A stretch of 64,000 nucleotides of DNA, from contig NC_043023.1 in NCBI RefSeq assembly GCF_006345805.1, forward strand, positions 9,982,001 through 10,046,000. The letters are read 5' to 3'. Each line of letters begins with the position of its first letter. Positions within the stretch are counted from its first letter, which is position 1. The notes under the pieces were generated by a model. The model ran no database searches. It saw nothing but the letters and a program-made list of their open reading frames with translations, and was not told the origin of the DNA. The position numbers and the translations under genes were made by a program. Source of the stretch: Octopus sinensis (Eukaryota). Below are positions 38,614 through 52,658 of the stretch, piece after piece.

Positions 38614-38839
38614 ACACACACCGGACTTCTTTCGGTTTCTGTCGTTCAAATCCATTTACAAGGCTTTTGGTCGACCTGGGGCTATAGTAGAAGACATTTA
38701 CTAAAGGTGCCGTGCAGCGAGACTGAACCTGGAACCAAGTGATTGGGAAGCAAGCATCTTACAACACAGCCACTCCTCCAAAATCCGTAATTTCTTCAGA
38801 TTTGGGCGGAATTCTACTTTAAGCACGCCTTATAACAAC

Positions 38840-39229
38840 TCTCTTTTACTCTTTTACTTGTTTCAGTCATTTGACTGCGGCCATGCTGGAGCACCGCCTT
38901 TAATCGAGCAACTCGACCCCGGGACTTATTCTTTTGTTAGCCCAGTACTTATTCCATCGGTCTCTTTTGCCGAACCGCTAAGTGACGGGGACGTAAACAC
39001 ACCAGCATCGGTTGTCAAGCAATGCTAGAGGGACAAACACAGACACACAAACACACACACACATACATATATACGACAGGCTTCTTTCAGTTTCCATCTA
39101 CCAAATCCACTCACAAGGCATTGGTCGGCCCGGGGCTATAGTAGAAGACACTTGCCCAAGATGCCACGCAGTGGGATTGAACCCGGAACCATGTGGTTGG
39201 TTAGCAAGCTACTTACCACACAGCCACTC
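38840..39229 (-). mobile_element. SINE family 2
   Basis: Family match. Confidence 0.88.
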
Positions 39230-39398
39230 ATAACTTTTTTTTTTTTATTGTTTGGAATTTTCTGAAATTTTTTCTGAATTTGTGTGCTACTCACAGGAAC
39301 TGTTACTTTTTTTTTTTTTAAATTAGAAAAACTTTAATTTTTTTTTCTTTGAATATCGTAAAAATGTTTTTTTTTTACTGTTTTCATACTCCTGTGAA

Positions 39399-41962
39399 GG
39401 ATCTTTTCGTTTTGAACGGCAGTTTTTTCTAGGTGTGTCATATGAAATTGTCACCCATAATTATGACCCTAGTATCGATCCATTGCATTTCAATCTGTCT
39501 TAGGGTTAGGGTTAGGGGTGGGAGAAGGATATCTTTTTTTCTTCACAAATGTAAATAAACCCAATCTGTTTCTTAAACGAGTGACATATTCATACGGCAC
39601 AGAATGTTTTCACCTCAATAGACGTCATTGATTGGTTGAAATTGCAGAAACTGAAGAAAAACAACAACAAATATCTTACAAACTATAGAATTTTCTCAAT
39701 AAAGCCAAGAGAAAAAGATGTTTTATAAACACATTCTACCAGTATACGAAGTTTAAAAGTGTTTAGTTTCGTGGAAATTATTTTTAAAAAACTGCCGTTC
39801 AAACCGAAAAGATTCCTGTGAATCCTCTCGCGAGTAAAATACAATTCGTGAAAAAATTTCTGAAATTTCCAAAACATAGAAAAAGTAAGGAGGTGTTTAT
39901 CTGATGTGCTTAAATCAGAATTCTGCCCAAATTTCTCTTATTTTAAACGCCGGAGGTTATGGTTATGCATAACAATATTGTTACGAGTTTTAGCTTCTAA
40001 ATAATTACTGTAACCTCGAAGGTTTCACATACTTATATAATTTCCACAAATTATTTACAGCTTAAAAGTGAATCTTAGATCTTTTCCTTTTGAACGGCAG
40101 ACATTTCTAGTTAACTAAACACTTTAAAACTCCGTATACTGGTAGAATGTGTCAAATAAAACATTTTTTCTCTTGGCTTTCTTGAGAAAATTGTAATTTG
40201 TTAGTTTAACGTAGTTTAATTTTTCGAATTTTAACCAATCCTATGCTCTCTTTTGAGCTAAAATCATTTGCTTCGTCTAAAACTGAGACAACATCCTGTA
40301 ACTAACCCTCACCCTCCCCCTAACCCTAACCCTAAATTTTTTTTTTCTTAATTGTTAAATTATTTTATTGTTACGCATGTAAAAAAAACTAAAGAAATGG
40401 AATTTAATTAATTTAACAATTAGAAAAAAAAAAGTTAGGGTTAGGGGGAGGTTTAGGGTTAGTGACAGGATGTTGTCTCAGTTTTAGACGCAGCAAATGA
40501 TTTTAGTTGAATGGAGGTAATCGATTGGTTAAAATTGCCGAAATGCTTGGATTTTCAGATGAAATATCTTACAAACTATAGAATTTTCTCAATAAAGCCA
40601 AGAGAAAAAGATGTTTTATAAACACATTCTACCAGTATACGAAGTTTAAAAGTGTTTAGTTACATGGAAATTATTTTTAAAAAACTGCCGTTCAAACCGA
40701 AAGGATCCCAATCTGTTCTTAAACGAGGGACATATTCATACGGCACAGAATGTTTTCACCTCAATAGACGTCATTGATTGGTTGAAATTGCAGAAACTGA
40801 AGAAAAACAACAACAAATATCTTACAAACTATAGAATTTTTCAATAAAACCAAGAGAAAAAGATGTTTTATAAACACATTCTACCAGTATACGAAGTTTA
40901 AAAGTGTTTAGTTTCGTGGAAATTATTTTTAAAAAACTGCCGTTCAAACCGAAAAGATTCCTGTGAATCCTCTCGCGAGTAAAATACAAATTCGTGAAAA
41001 AATTTCTGAAATTTCCAAAACATAGAAAAAGTAAGGAGGTGTTTATCTGATGTGCTTAAATCAGAATTCTGCCCAAATTTCTCTTATTTTAAACGCCGGA
41101 GGTTATGGTTATGCATAACAATATTGTTACGAGTTTTAGCTTCTAAATAATACTGTAACCTCGAAGGTTTCACATACTTATATAATTTCCACAAATTATT
41201 TACAGCTTAAAAGTGAATCTTAGATCTTTTCCTTTTGAACGGCAGACAATTTCTAGTTAACTAAACACTTTAAAACTCCGTATACTGGTAGAATGTGTCA
41301 AAATAAAACATTTTTTCTCTTGGCTTTCTTGAGAAAATTGTAATTTGTTAGTTTAACGTAGTTTAATTTTTCGAATTTTAACCAATCCTATGCTCTCTTT
41401 TGAGCTTAAAATCATTTGCTTCGTCTAAAACTGAGACAACATCCTGTAACTAACCCTCACCCTCCCCCTAACCCTAACCCTAAATTTTTTTTTTCTTAAT
41501 TGTTAAATTAATTTTATTGTTACGCATGTAAAAAAAACTAAAGAAATGGAATTTAATTAATTTAACAATTAAGAAAAAAAAGTTAGGGTTAGGGGGAGGT
41601 TTAGGGTTAGTGACAGGATGTTGTCTCAGTTTTAGACGCAGCAAATGATTTTAGTTGAATGGAGGTAATCGATTGGTTAAAATTGCCGAAATGCTTGGAT
41701 TTTCAGATGAAATATCTTACAAACTATAGAATTTTCTCAATAAAGCCAGAGAAAAAGATGTTTTATAAACACATTCTACCAGTATACGAAGTTTAAAAGT
41801 GTTTAGTTACATGGAAATTATTTTTAAAAAACTGCCGTTCAAACCGAAAGGATCCCAATCTGTTTCTTAAACGAGGGACATATTCATACGGCACAGAATG
41901 TTTTCACCTCAATAGACGTCATTGATTGGTTGAAATTGCAGAAACTGAAGAAAAACAACAAC
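39399..41962. repeat. GGATC-family TIR elements within a 1147-bp tandem duplication
   Basis: CCCAATCTGTT(T)CTTAAACGAG recurs at ~39560, 40707 and 41854. The first element has CCTGTGAA on both flanks (39391-39398, 39815-39822). Confidence 0.9.
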
Positions 41963-43429
41963 AAATATCTTACAAACTATAGAATTTTCTCAATAAAGCC
42001 AAGAGAAAAAGATGTTTTATAAACACATTCTACCAGTATACGAAGTTTAAAAGTGTTTAGTTACGTGGAAATTATTTTAAAAAACTGCCGGTCAAACCGA
42101 AAAGATTCCGAATATCTTACAAACTATAGAATTTTCTCAATAAAGCCAAGAGAAAAAGATGTTTTATAAACACATTCTACCAGTATACGAAGTTTAAAAG
42201 TGTTTAGTTACGTGGAAATTATTTTTAAAAACTGCCGGTCAAATCGAAAAGATCCCAAATATCTTACAAACTATAGAATTTTCTCAATAAAACCAAGAGA
42301 AAAAGATGTTTTATAAACACATTCTACCAGTATACGAAGTTTAAAAGTGTTTAGTTACGTGGAAATTATTTTTAAAAACTGCCTTTCAAACCGAAAAGAT
42401 CCCAAATATCTTACAAACTATAGAATTTTCTCAATAAAGCCAAGAGAAAAAGATGTTTTATAAACACATTCTACCAGTATACGAAGTTTAAAAGTGTTTA
42501 GTTACGTGGAAATTATTTTTAAAAACTGCCGTTCAAACCGAAAAGATCCCAAATATCTTACAAACCATAGAATTTTCGGTTTGACCAAGAGAAAAAAATG
42601 TTTTATTTTGACACATTCTACCAGTATACAAAGTTTAAAAGTGTTTAGTTACGTGGAAATTATTTTAAAAAACTGCCGTTCAAACCGAAAAGATCCCAAA
42701 TATCTTACAAACTATAGAATTTTCTCAATAAAGCCAAGAGAAAAAGATATTTTATAAACACATTCTACCAGTATACGAAGTTTAAAAGTGTTTAGTTACG
42801 TGGAAATTATTTTAAAAAACTGCCGTTCAAACCGAAAAGATCCCAAATATCTTACAAACTATAGAATTTTCTCAATAAAGCCAAGAGAAAAAGATGTTTT
42901 ATAAACACATTCTACCAATATACGAAGTTTAAAAGTGTTTAGTTACGTGGAAATTATTTTAAAAAACTGCCGTTCAAACCGAAAAGATCCCAAATATCTT
43001 ACAAACTATAGAATTTTCTCAATAAAGCCAAGCGAAAAAGATGTTTTATAAACACATTCTACCAGTATACGAAGTTTTAAAGTGTTTAGTTACGTGGAAT
43101 TATTTTTAAAAAACTGCCGTTCAAACCGAAAAGATCCCAAATATCTTACAACTATAGAATTTTCTCAATAAAGCCAAGAGAAAAAGATGTTTTATAAACA
43201 TATTCTACCAATATACGAAGTTTAAAAGTGTTTAGTTACGTGGAAATTATTTTTAAAAAACTGCCGTTCAAACCGAAAAGATCCCAAATATCTTACAAAC
43301 TATAGAATTTTCTCAATAAAGCCAAGAGAAAAAGATTTTTATAAACACATTCTACCAGTATACGAAGTTTAAAAGTGTTTAGTTACCTAGAAATTGTGTT
43401 GACATCCGCAGTTCAAAAGGAAAAGATCC
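41963..43429 (+). repeat. 147-bp tandem array (10 units) made of the right terminus of the GGATC-family element
   Basis: Unit starts AAATATCTTACAA at 41963, 42110, 42257, 42404, 42551, 42698, 42845, 42992, 43139, 43286. Confidence 0.96.
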
Positions 43430-43682
43430 TGTATCTTTATTAAATGTTCATCACAACGTTTCCAGATGTAAACAGTGAATCGGTGTTGTGCCTTTTTACC
43501 AAACTTCAAAAGAATTGTCTCATTGTTAGATTCGAGGTTTTCAAAGGTTTTATTCACTTTATTCTCTGACATAAGCATCCATCTTTGACACTAATTCGTA
43601 TCTCATCAAAATTAAGCCGACTTTAAAGCTACAGACACAAAGATACAATATATGTATGTCTTAGGCCCCCTAAGACTTAGGG

Positions 43683-43888
43683 CAGTGCTTTTCAAACTTT
43701 TTGCTGGAGCAGAACCCCAAAGAAACATTCCACTGGCTCGAGGAACCCCTGTGCAATATTTAATTGTCTTATGCACAGGAGACTTAAAAATTACTGCCGA
43801 TTTTAGCAGTTTTGTAACTTCTTGCGGAACCCGTGCACTGTACGGTGGAACCCTAAGGTTCCGTGGAACCCTGGTTGAAAAACCACTG
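43683..43888. mobile_element. hAT-type MITE
   Basis: CAGTGCTTTTCAAAC ... GTTGAAAAACCACTG with a perfect 8-bp TSD ACTTAGGG. Confidence 0.9.
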
Positions 43889-43952
43889 ACTTAGGGTATC
43901 ACAAGCAACACTCATTCTAATATATATGTATATATATATATATATGTATGTA

Positions 43953-44017
<65 letters not shown>

Positions 44018-44089
44018 ATATTAGGGAATGAATCAAAATTACAGGAAAAATCAGATTTAGGGTTAAATCCAATTTTATAGTAAAATATT

Positions 44090-44418
44090 ATATAATATAA
44101 TTCGAGACAAAACCACTATTTTAAAACCAAACAAGGAAAGACTTAATCAATACATAAAATTTTAATATAAATTAAATCAACCGCCACTATAATTGTTTCA
44201 TGTCTGCTACCGACAATCTTCAGGGGATTTTCGATCTTCTAATCAGTATCAAATTTTGATACTGATTAGAAGATCGAAAATCCACCTGAAGATTGTCGGT
44301 AGCAGATATGAAACAATTATAGTGGCGGTTTATTTAATTTATATTAAAATTTTATGTATTGATTAAGTCTTTCCTTGTTTGGTTTTAAAATAGTGGTTTT
44401 GTCTCGAATTATATTATA
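44090..44418. mobile_element. Near-perfect palindrome (~163-bp arms) in (TA)n, with a hammerhead-like motif in each arm
   Basis: Centre ATCAAA-T-TTTGAT. Right arm 44282-44325: CCAC CTGAAGA TTGTC-GGTAGCA-GATAT GAA ACAATTAT A GTGG. Confidence 0.7.
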
Positions 44419-44452
44419 TATATATATATATGTATGTTTGTATATATATATA

Positions 44453-44734
44453 TACTTTATAATTACGGTTCAGCAACGATTTGCTTCATCACATACCGAA
44501 GTTTAGAAATAGCAGTCAAAAAACCTTAGCTATTCCTTCTACTTTAAAAGGGACCCAGAAAAACCAAAGTACTTGAAAACAATCCACGCAGGCAAAAGGT
44601 AAAAATATCAAGTACTTTGGTTTTTCTGGGAGCCCCTTTTAAAGTAGAAGAAATAGCTAAGGTTTTTTTGACTGCTATTTCTAAACTTCTGTATGTGGTA
44701 AGGCAAATCTTTGCTGAACCCTAATTATAAAGTA
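44453..44734. repeat. Second palindrome (~125-bp arms, ~30-bp spacer) in (TA)n
   Basis: Left arm ...CCAGAAAAACCAAAGTACTTGA mirrors TCAAGTACTTTGGTTTTTCTGG... Confidence 0.85.
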
Positions 44735-44851
44735 TTACTTAAGCTTCCCATGAAATGGTCTTTTTCATGCCGAATTCTACTTGGTGAAATTACTGATTAC
44801 TTCTTAATTAATTAATTTTACCCGTTGTTATTATACATATATATATATATA

Positions 44852-44922
<71 letters not shown>

Positions 44923-45409
44923 ATATATATGTGTGTATATTTCTTTTATCTTTTACGGGTTTCACCAGAGGCTAGCATGGAAAGCAGACATTAAATGATG
45001 ATGATGATGACGACATATCACATCGTCATCAGAAGCTGGAAGGCTTCATCAGGCCCAGTCAGATCTGGCAGTGTTTCTACAGCTGGATGCCCTTCCTAAC
45101 GCCAACCACTCCGTGAGTGTAGTGGGTGCTTTTTACGTGCCACCCGCACAGGTGCCAGACAGAGCTGGCAAACGGCCACGAACGGATGGTGCTTTTACGT
45201 GTCACCAGCACGGGGGCCAGGCGAGGCTGGCAACGGACACGAACGGATGGTGCTTTTACATGCCACCAACACGGGGGCCAGCCAGGGCTGGCAAACGGCC
45301 ATGAAACGGATGGTGCTTTTACGTGTCACCGGCACGGGGGCCAGGCGAGGCTGGCAACGGACACGAACGGATGGTGCTTTTTACGTGCCACCGACATAAT
45401 GTATATATT

Positions 45410-45920
45410 TCTTTATTGCCCACAGGAGGCTAACATAGAGGGGACAAACAAGGACAGACAAAGGGATTAAGTCGATTATATCGATCCCAGTGTGTAACTG
45501 GTACTTATTTAATCAACCCCGAAAGGATGAAAGGCAAAGTCGACCTCGGCAGAATTTGAACTCAGAATGTAGCAGCAGACAAAATACCGCTAAGCATTTC
45601 GCCCGGCTTGCTAACGATTTTGCCACCTTCTCGAGCCACCCCTGGCTCATAAGGGCCGGTTTCCTGGTTTCCTTGGCATATAGGTTCCCCACCTGGACGG
45701 GACGCCAGTCCATTGCATGTGAGCTGCAAGATGCAGGAGGAAAGAGTGAAAGAAAGTTTTGGCGAAAGAGTCAGCAGAAGTTTTGTCATTACCTTCTGCT
45801 GGAGCCACGTGGAGCTTAGGTGTTTCGCTCATAAACACACACATTGCCCGGTCTGAGATTCGAACCTGCGATCCCTCGACCGCGAGTCCGCTGCTCTAAC
45901 CACTAGGCCATGTGCCTCCA
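45410..45920 (-). mobile_element. Adjacent SINE family 1 (45410-45615) and family 3a (45625-45920)
   Basis: Reverse-complement matches to 62084-62305 and 5543-5845. Confidence 0.85.
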
Positions 45921-46424
45921 CACATCATAATGTATGGATTTATCATCACAATGACAGCAGTGTTTATTACAATATGCATACATCTGCAAAAACTGAAGGA
46001 AACACAAAGTCCAATTATTCCAGTAAAGCGTTAGTATCTATTGGTTTTCTCTATAAAAATGTAAAATTTCCATTGTTCTACCTTTACTTTGTGAGTATCC
46101 TCTATATCTCACGTTCTCGTTTCTCTATTATCATTTCAGAATATCAGAAACAGCGAAGAACCGTTCACTTCTGATACATCATCAATATTTATCATTTTGA
46201 AAGATTGAAGGAATTTATTGCACAGAACAGAAATAATTCTGTTTATATGAATCCATGGTGACTTCCGGATAAATATTTCTTTAGAACTCAGATAAATATC
46301 AATGTTTGTTTTTTTCGCTGCCTAAAAAGGTGTATAAACTGATTTTGCGTTCAAATTTCTATTTTTCCATTGCATACCCATAAAATTATCAACCATCGTA
46401 CAAACAATAACTCTGAGCACCTTT

Positions 46425-46770
46425 TCAAACTCCACCCGTCTAACACCCGTGGACATATTACAAAGTCAGAAAACAGCACAGCTCCCATGACTTCAGGAAA
46501 CATTTTTTCACGCTGAGAGTTGTTGAAGCATGGAACAAACTGCCAGCATCAGTTGTTAGTTGTCGGAGCAATGTATCCTTCAAAACTTCCATGCTTCCTG
46601 AGATTCGCCAACACTCCACCTGATTTTCTCCCCTCCATACACACGCAAACATGTATCTGACTCATACACTGTTCGTTTTCCAGACATTTCTACACTACTG
46701 CATGTACTTTATATGCACTTTCTGACAAGTTGTGGTGCACCTGAGCACTGTATACAATAATTTCATTATA
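46425..46770 (+). mobile_element. CR1-type LINE 3' end in the ZNF 5' UTR exon
   Basis: Encodes a ...RKQHSSHDFRKHFFTLRVVEAWNKLPASVV... C-terminal motif followed by a 3' UTR. A second copy is at 52800-53180. Confidence 0.85.
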
Positions 46771-46949
46771 TCTACAAGATTATTTCACAAACTTCTTAAA
46801 AGTGGAAAAATTTACTGAAGTGTTTGTAGCATCTTCAATGAACTTTTTGTTCACCATTGATGAAAATATAACAGCAGTAATATTTACTAGGAATAAACGA
46901 ATAAAAACAAAAAGAAAATCGCCTGTATATTGTGGTAAGGAAAAGAAAA

Positions 46950-48140
46950 ATGATGGAAAATGAGTTAAGTGAGAAGATGGTTACACATGGAACACCAGCT
47001 GAAAAGATTGTCTTTTCTGATGATTTAAAGAATGTGAAAAGCAAAAAGTCATATCATTGTGATACCTGTGGTAAATCATTCTCTCAGAATAGCAAACTAA
47101 CTAAACATAAATCTATTCATACAGGAGAAAAACCATATCATTGCGATGTCTGTGATAAATCATTTTCACAAAAAGACTATTTAACCACTCACCTGCGTAT
47201 TCACACAGGTGAGAAGCCGTATCAGTGTGACATCTGTGATAAGTCGTTCTCCCAAAGTGTTCACTTAACTAAACACAAACGCATTCATACAGGGGAAAAG
47301 CCATATTTCTGTGAAGTCTGTTGTAAATCATTTGCTGAGAATGGTACCTTAACCAGACATAAACGTATTCACACAGGGGAAAGGCCATACGAATGTGATA
47401 TCTGTAATAAATCATTTACTCAAAAGGATAACCTAACCACTCACCAACGCATTCATACAGGTGAAAAACCGTATTGTTGTGATGTCTGCGGTGAATCATT
47501 CTCACAAAACGTACACTTAACTAAACACAAAACCATTCATACAGGAGGGAAACTTTATTTCTGTGATATTTGTGATAAATCGTTCACTGAAAAAAGTTCC
47601 TTAAAACGACACATCCGCATTCATACAGGTGATAAACCATATCATTGTGATATCTGTTTTAGATCGTTCTCCGAGAATCATACCTTGACTATTCACAAAC
47701 GCAGCCATACAGGAGAAAAGCCATATCATTGTGACAGTTGTGGTAAATCGTTCTCGGACACTGGTCATTTAGCTCGGCATGTACGGATTCATACCGGGGA
47801 CAAACCGCATCACTGCGATATCTGTGGAAAATCATTCTCGGAAAATGGAGATTTAACGAGACACATCCGGATTCATACAGGTGAGAAACCGTATCAGTGT
47901 GACGTTTGTAGTAAATCATTCTCTCATGGACATGCCTTGACCACTCACAAACGCACTCATACAGGAGAGAAACCATATCACTGCGATGTCTGCGGTAAAT
48001 CCTTCTCTGAAACTGGTCACTTGAGTAGACACAAACGCATTCATTCAGGACTGAAACTACATCACTGTGATATCTGTGGTAAATCTTTCTCCGAAATAAG
48101 TCATTTAACTGAACATATTGCTATTCATACAGGACAGTAA
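46950..48140 (+). CDS. C2H2 zinc-finger protein, 396 aa, 13 fingers
   Basis: ATG at 46950 (MMENELSE; the track started at an upstream GTG). Uninterrupted fingers with TGEKPY-type linkers. Confidence 0.95.
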   Translation: MMENELSEKMVTHGTPAEKIVFSDDLKNVKSKKSYHCDTCGKSFSQNSKLTKHKSIHTGEKPYHCDVCDKSFSQKDYLTTHLRIHTGEKPYQCDICDKSFSQSVHLTKHKRIHTGEKPYFCEVCCKSFAENGTLTRHKRIHTGERPYECDICNKSFTQKDNLTTHQRIHTGEKPYCCDVCGESFSQNVHLTKHKTIHTGGKLYFCDICDKSFTEKSSLKRHIRIHTGDKPYHCDICFRSFSENHTLTIHKRSHTGEKPYHCDSCGKSFSDTGHLARHVRIHTGDKPHHCDICGKSFSENGDLTRHIRIHTGEKPYQCDVCSKSFSHGHALTTHKRTHTGEKPYHCDVCGKSFSETGHLSRHKRIHSGLKLHHCDICGKSFSEISHLTEHIAIHTGQ

Positions 48141-48174
48141 CAATATCGAAATATGGGGTCAAAATACATACATA

Positions 48175-49643
48175 TTTCTTTTTCTCTACTACCCACAAGG
48201 GGCTAAACATAGAGGGGACAAACAAGGACAGACAAACGGATTAAGTGAATTACATCGACCCCAGTGCATAACTGGTACTTATTTAATCGACCCTGAAAGG
48301 ATGAAAGCCAAAGTCGACTCAGCAGAATTTGAAACCAGAACATAAAGACAGACGAAATACCTATTTCCTTACTACCCACAAGGGGCTAAACAGAGAGGGG
48401 ACAAACAAGGACAGACAAATGGATTAAGTCGATTACATCGACTCCAGTGCGTAACTGGTACTTATTTAATCGATCCCGAAAGGATGAAAGCCAAAGTCGA
48501 CCTCAGCGGAATTTGAACCAGAACGTAAAGACAGACGAAATACCTATTTCTTTACTACCCACAAGGAACTAAACAGGGAGGGGACAAACAAGGACAGACA
48601 AACGGATTAAGTCGATTACATCGACCCTAGTGCGTAACTGGTACTTATTTAATCGACCCCGAAAGGATGAAAGCCAAAGTCGACCTCAGCGGAATTTGAA
48701 CCCAGAACGTAAAGACAGACGAAATACTATTTCTTTACTACCCACAAGGAACTAAACAGGGAGGGGACAAACAAGGACAGACAAACGGATTAAGTCGATT
48801 ACATCGACCCTAGTGCGTAACTGGTACTTATTTAATCGACCCTGAAAGGATGAAAGCCAAGTCGACCTCAGCGGAATTTGAACCCAGAACGTAAAGACAG
48901 ACGAAATACCTATTCTTTACTGCTCACAAGGAGCTAAACAGGGAGGGGACAAACAAGGACAGACAAACGGATTAGTCGATTACATCGACCCTAGTGCGTA
49001 ACTGGTACTTATTTAATCGACCCTGAAAGGATGAAAGCCAAAGTCGACCTCAGCGGAATTTGAACCCAGAACGTAAAGACAGACGAAATACCTATTTCTT
49101 TACTACCCACAAGGAACTAAACAGGGAGGGGACAAACAAGGACAGACAAACGGATTAAGTCGATTACATCGACCCTAGTGCGTAACTGGTACTTATTTAA
49201 TCGACCCTGAAAGGATGAAAGCCAAAGTCGACCTCAGCGGAATTTGAACCCAGAACGTAAAGACAGACGAAATACCTATTTCTTTACTACCCACAAGGAA
49301 CTAAACAGGGAGGGGACAGACAAGGACAGACAAACGGATTAAGTCGATTACATCGACCCTAGTGCGTAACGGTACTTATTTAATCGACCCTGAAAGGATG
49401 AAAGCCAAAGTCGACCTCAGCGGAATTTGAACCCAGAACGTAAAGACAGACGAAATACCTATTTCTTTACTGCTCACAAGGAGCTAAACAGAGAGGGGAC
49501 AAACAAAGACAGACAAATGGATTAAGTCGATTACATCGACCCTAGTGCGTAACTGGTACATATTTAATCGACCCCGAAAGGATGAAAGGCAAAGTCAACC
49601 TCTGCAGAATTTGAACTCAGATCGTAACGGCAGACGAAATACC
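48175..49643 (-). repeat. SINE family 1 tandem array, 8 units of ~183 bp, starting ~35 bp after the ZNF stop
   Basis: Units share array-specific variants (AAAGCCAAAG, CAGGGAGGGG, CCCTAGTG). Confidence 0.93.
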
Positions 49644-50221
49644 ATTATGTGGCCTCCAGCCTTACCAGCTCCTGTCAAACTGTCCAACCCATGCCAGCAT
49701 GGAAAGTAATCATTAAATGATGTTGATGATGATTTTGTTCATTAAAGTGTTTCCTTTTACTCATTAGTGAAAGCATGTGGCTTAGTGGTTCAGATATTCA
49801 GCTCACAACCATAAGGCCATGAGTTCGGTTCCTGGTGGTTTACTGTGGCCTTGAGCAAGACACTTTGTCACATTGTTCCAGTTCACTCAGCTGACAAAAG
49901 TGAGTGGTACCTGTAATTCAAAAGGGCCAACCTTATCCCCTCCTGCGTCACACTGGATCTCCCTGAGAACTACATTAAGTATATGCATGTCTGAGGAATA
50001 CTCAGCCACTTACAAATTAATTTCATGAGCAAGTGATTTCATGTTCCAGTGGTTGCCGGAATGCCAGCTCAGCCATAGCAGTGATTCCCAAAGTGGGTGG
50101 TACTGCCCCTAAGGGGGCAGTGGAAATATCTTTGAGGTATTGAAGAAAAGTGGGGCAATATTAAAGTGTCCAAAAGGGAGCAATGGATGTAACAAAATAA
50201 AAACCCTAAAATAATGGTTTA

Positions 50222-51048
50222 ACTCTCTTTTTACTCTTTTACCCTTTTACTTGTTCAGTCATTTGACTGCGGCCATGCTGGAGCACCGCCTTTTTAATCG
50301 AGCAACTCAACCTCGGGACTTATTCTTTTGTAAGCCCAGTACTTATTCTGTCGGTCTTTTTTGCCGAACTGCTAAGTAACGGGGACATAAACACATCAGC
50401 ATCGGTTGTCAAGCAATGCTAGGGGGACAAACACAGACACACAAACACACACACGCATATATATATATACATATATACGATGGGCTTCTTTCAGTTTCCG
50501 TCTACCAAATCCACTCACAAGGCTTTGGTCAGCTCGAGGCTATAGTAGAAGACACTTGCCCAAGGTGCCACGCAGTGGGACTGAACCTGGAACCATGTGG
50601 TTGGTAAACAAGCTACTTACCACACAGCCACTCACTGGGTTAAATTTTGCAAATTCTCATTAAGAGTACCCTGCATGAGAAAAGTACCCCTATTTAGATC
50701 GATGTTGACAGGAGTGGCTGTTTGGTAAGTAGTTTGCTTACCAACCACATGGTTCCAGGTTCAGTCCCACTGCGTGGCATCTTGGGCAAGTGTCTTCTGC
50801 TATAGCCTCAGGCCAACCAATGCCTGGTGAGTGGATTTGGTAGACGGAAACTGAAAGAAGCCCATCATATATAGGCGCAGGAGTGGCTGTGTGGTAAGTA
50901 GCTTGCTTACCAACCACATGGTTCCGGGTTCAGTCCCACTGCGTGGCACATTGGGCAAGTGTCTTCTACTATAGCCTCAGGCCAACCAATGCCTGGTGAG
51001 TGGATTTGGTAGATGGAAACTGAAAGAAGCCTGTCGTATATATGTATG

Positions 51049-51081
<33 letters not shown>

Positions 51082-51272
51082 GTGTGTATATGTTTGTGTT
51101 TCTGTGTTTGTCCCTCTAGTATTGCTTGACAACCGTCACTTAGCGGTTCAGCAAAACAGACCGATAGAATAAGTACTAGGCTTACAAAGAATAAGTCCCG
51201 GGGTCGATTTGCTCGACTAAAGGCGGTGCTCCAGCAGGGCCGCAGTCAAATGACTGAAACAAGTGAAAGAGA
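50222..51272. mobile_element. SINE family 2 copies: 50222-50632 (-) and 50708-51272 (+, duplicated head)
   Basis: Family match, arranged head-to-head. Confidence 0.88.
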
Positions 51273-51996
51273 GAGACATCGGGACAGAGAGGTCAGATAT
51301 ATATACCCCATAGGCCTTTTAGCTTTTTAATTTTTTGGTTCATAGCTCACTTTGCAATCCTGTAGTTTGGGTTCAAATCCACTGCACAACACATTGGGGA
51401 AGTGTCTTCTACAACTTAAAACCATCCAATGTCTTGTGAATGATTTTGTTAGATGTGTGTGTGTCTATATATAAAAAGCACCAACCGATCGTGGCCGCTG
51501 CCAGCCCCCCCTGGCACCTGTGCCGGTGGTACGTAAAAAGCACCCACTACACTCACGGAGTGGTTGGCATTAGGAAGGGCATCCAGCTGTAGAAACACTG
51601 CCAGATCAGACTGGAGCCTGGTGCAGCCTCCTGGCTTCCCAGACCCCGGTCGAACCGTCCAACCCATGCTAGCATGGAAAACGGACGTTAAACGATGATG
51701 ATGATATATATATTGCTTGTTCCTTCTCATAAGGGCCGGTTTCCTTGGCGTATAGGTTCCCCACCTGAACGAGACGCTGGTCCATCGCAGCTGAGCTGCA
51801 AGATGGAAGAGGAAAGAGTGAGAGAAAGTTGTGGCAAAAGAGTCAGCAGAAGTTCACCATTACCTTCTGGCAGAGATACGTGGAGCTTAGGTGTTTCGCT
51901 CATAAACATACACATCGCCCGGTCTGAGATTCAAACCCTCGATCCCTCAACTGTGAGTCCGCTGCCCTAACCACTAGGCCTGTACGTATATATATA

Positions 51997-52105
<109 letters not shown>

Positions 52106-52503
52106 AAGATATATATATAAAGATATATATATCTTTATATATATATATAAAGATATATTTAAAATTAAGAATAAAATCTTTATAAGAAATTATCAGTAGT
52201 TAGCGTAAAAAACCTCATAAGAGAAAAAATCTGTAAATTTTTCCACTTTGAAAATATTTATTTATATTATATAGAGGGTACTATTATTCATAGGTACCGC
52301 ACGCTAGGAGGGACTTTTGCAGTCAAAACTACTAAAATAAACAAATGCATTCGGTACAATTTGTTTATTTTAGTAGTAATATATAAAGATATATATATAT
52401 ATATCTTTATATATATATGTGTGTGTGTGTATATAATATATATGTGTATGTATATTCATATTTATGTATATATATATATATTTGTATGTATGTATTCTGT
52501 GTG

Positions 52504-52540
<37 letters not shown>

Positions 52541-52658
52541 TGTTGTATTTTGAGATGGTCATTTTTTTTGCTCGTTTTTGTTTTTGCCTAATAAATGCAT
52601 GCACTCTATATTCGTTCTTCACTCTTTTATTACTGCTCTTATTTCAACTCGTGTTAAT

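Noticed and set aside
38174-38655. YLSI-repeat ORFs of 136-158 aa
   Set aside because: They are translations of the (GATA)n microsatellite.
44455-44505. Hammerhead in the second palindrome (GTGATGA AGCAA-ATCG-TTGCT GAACC)
   Set aside because: Stem II fits, but C3 and A15.1 are altered and no stem I pairing was found; too degenerate to call.
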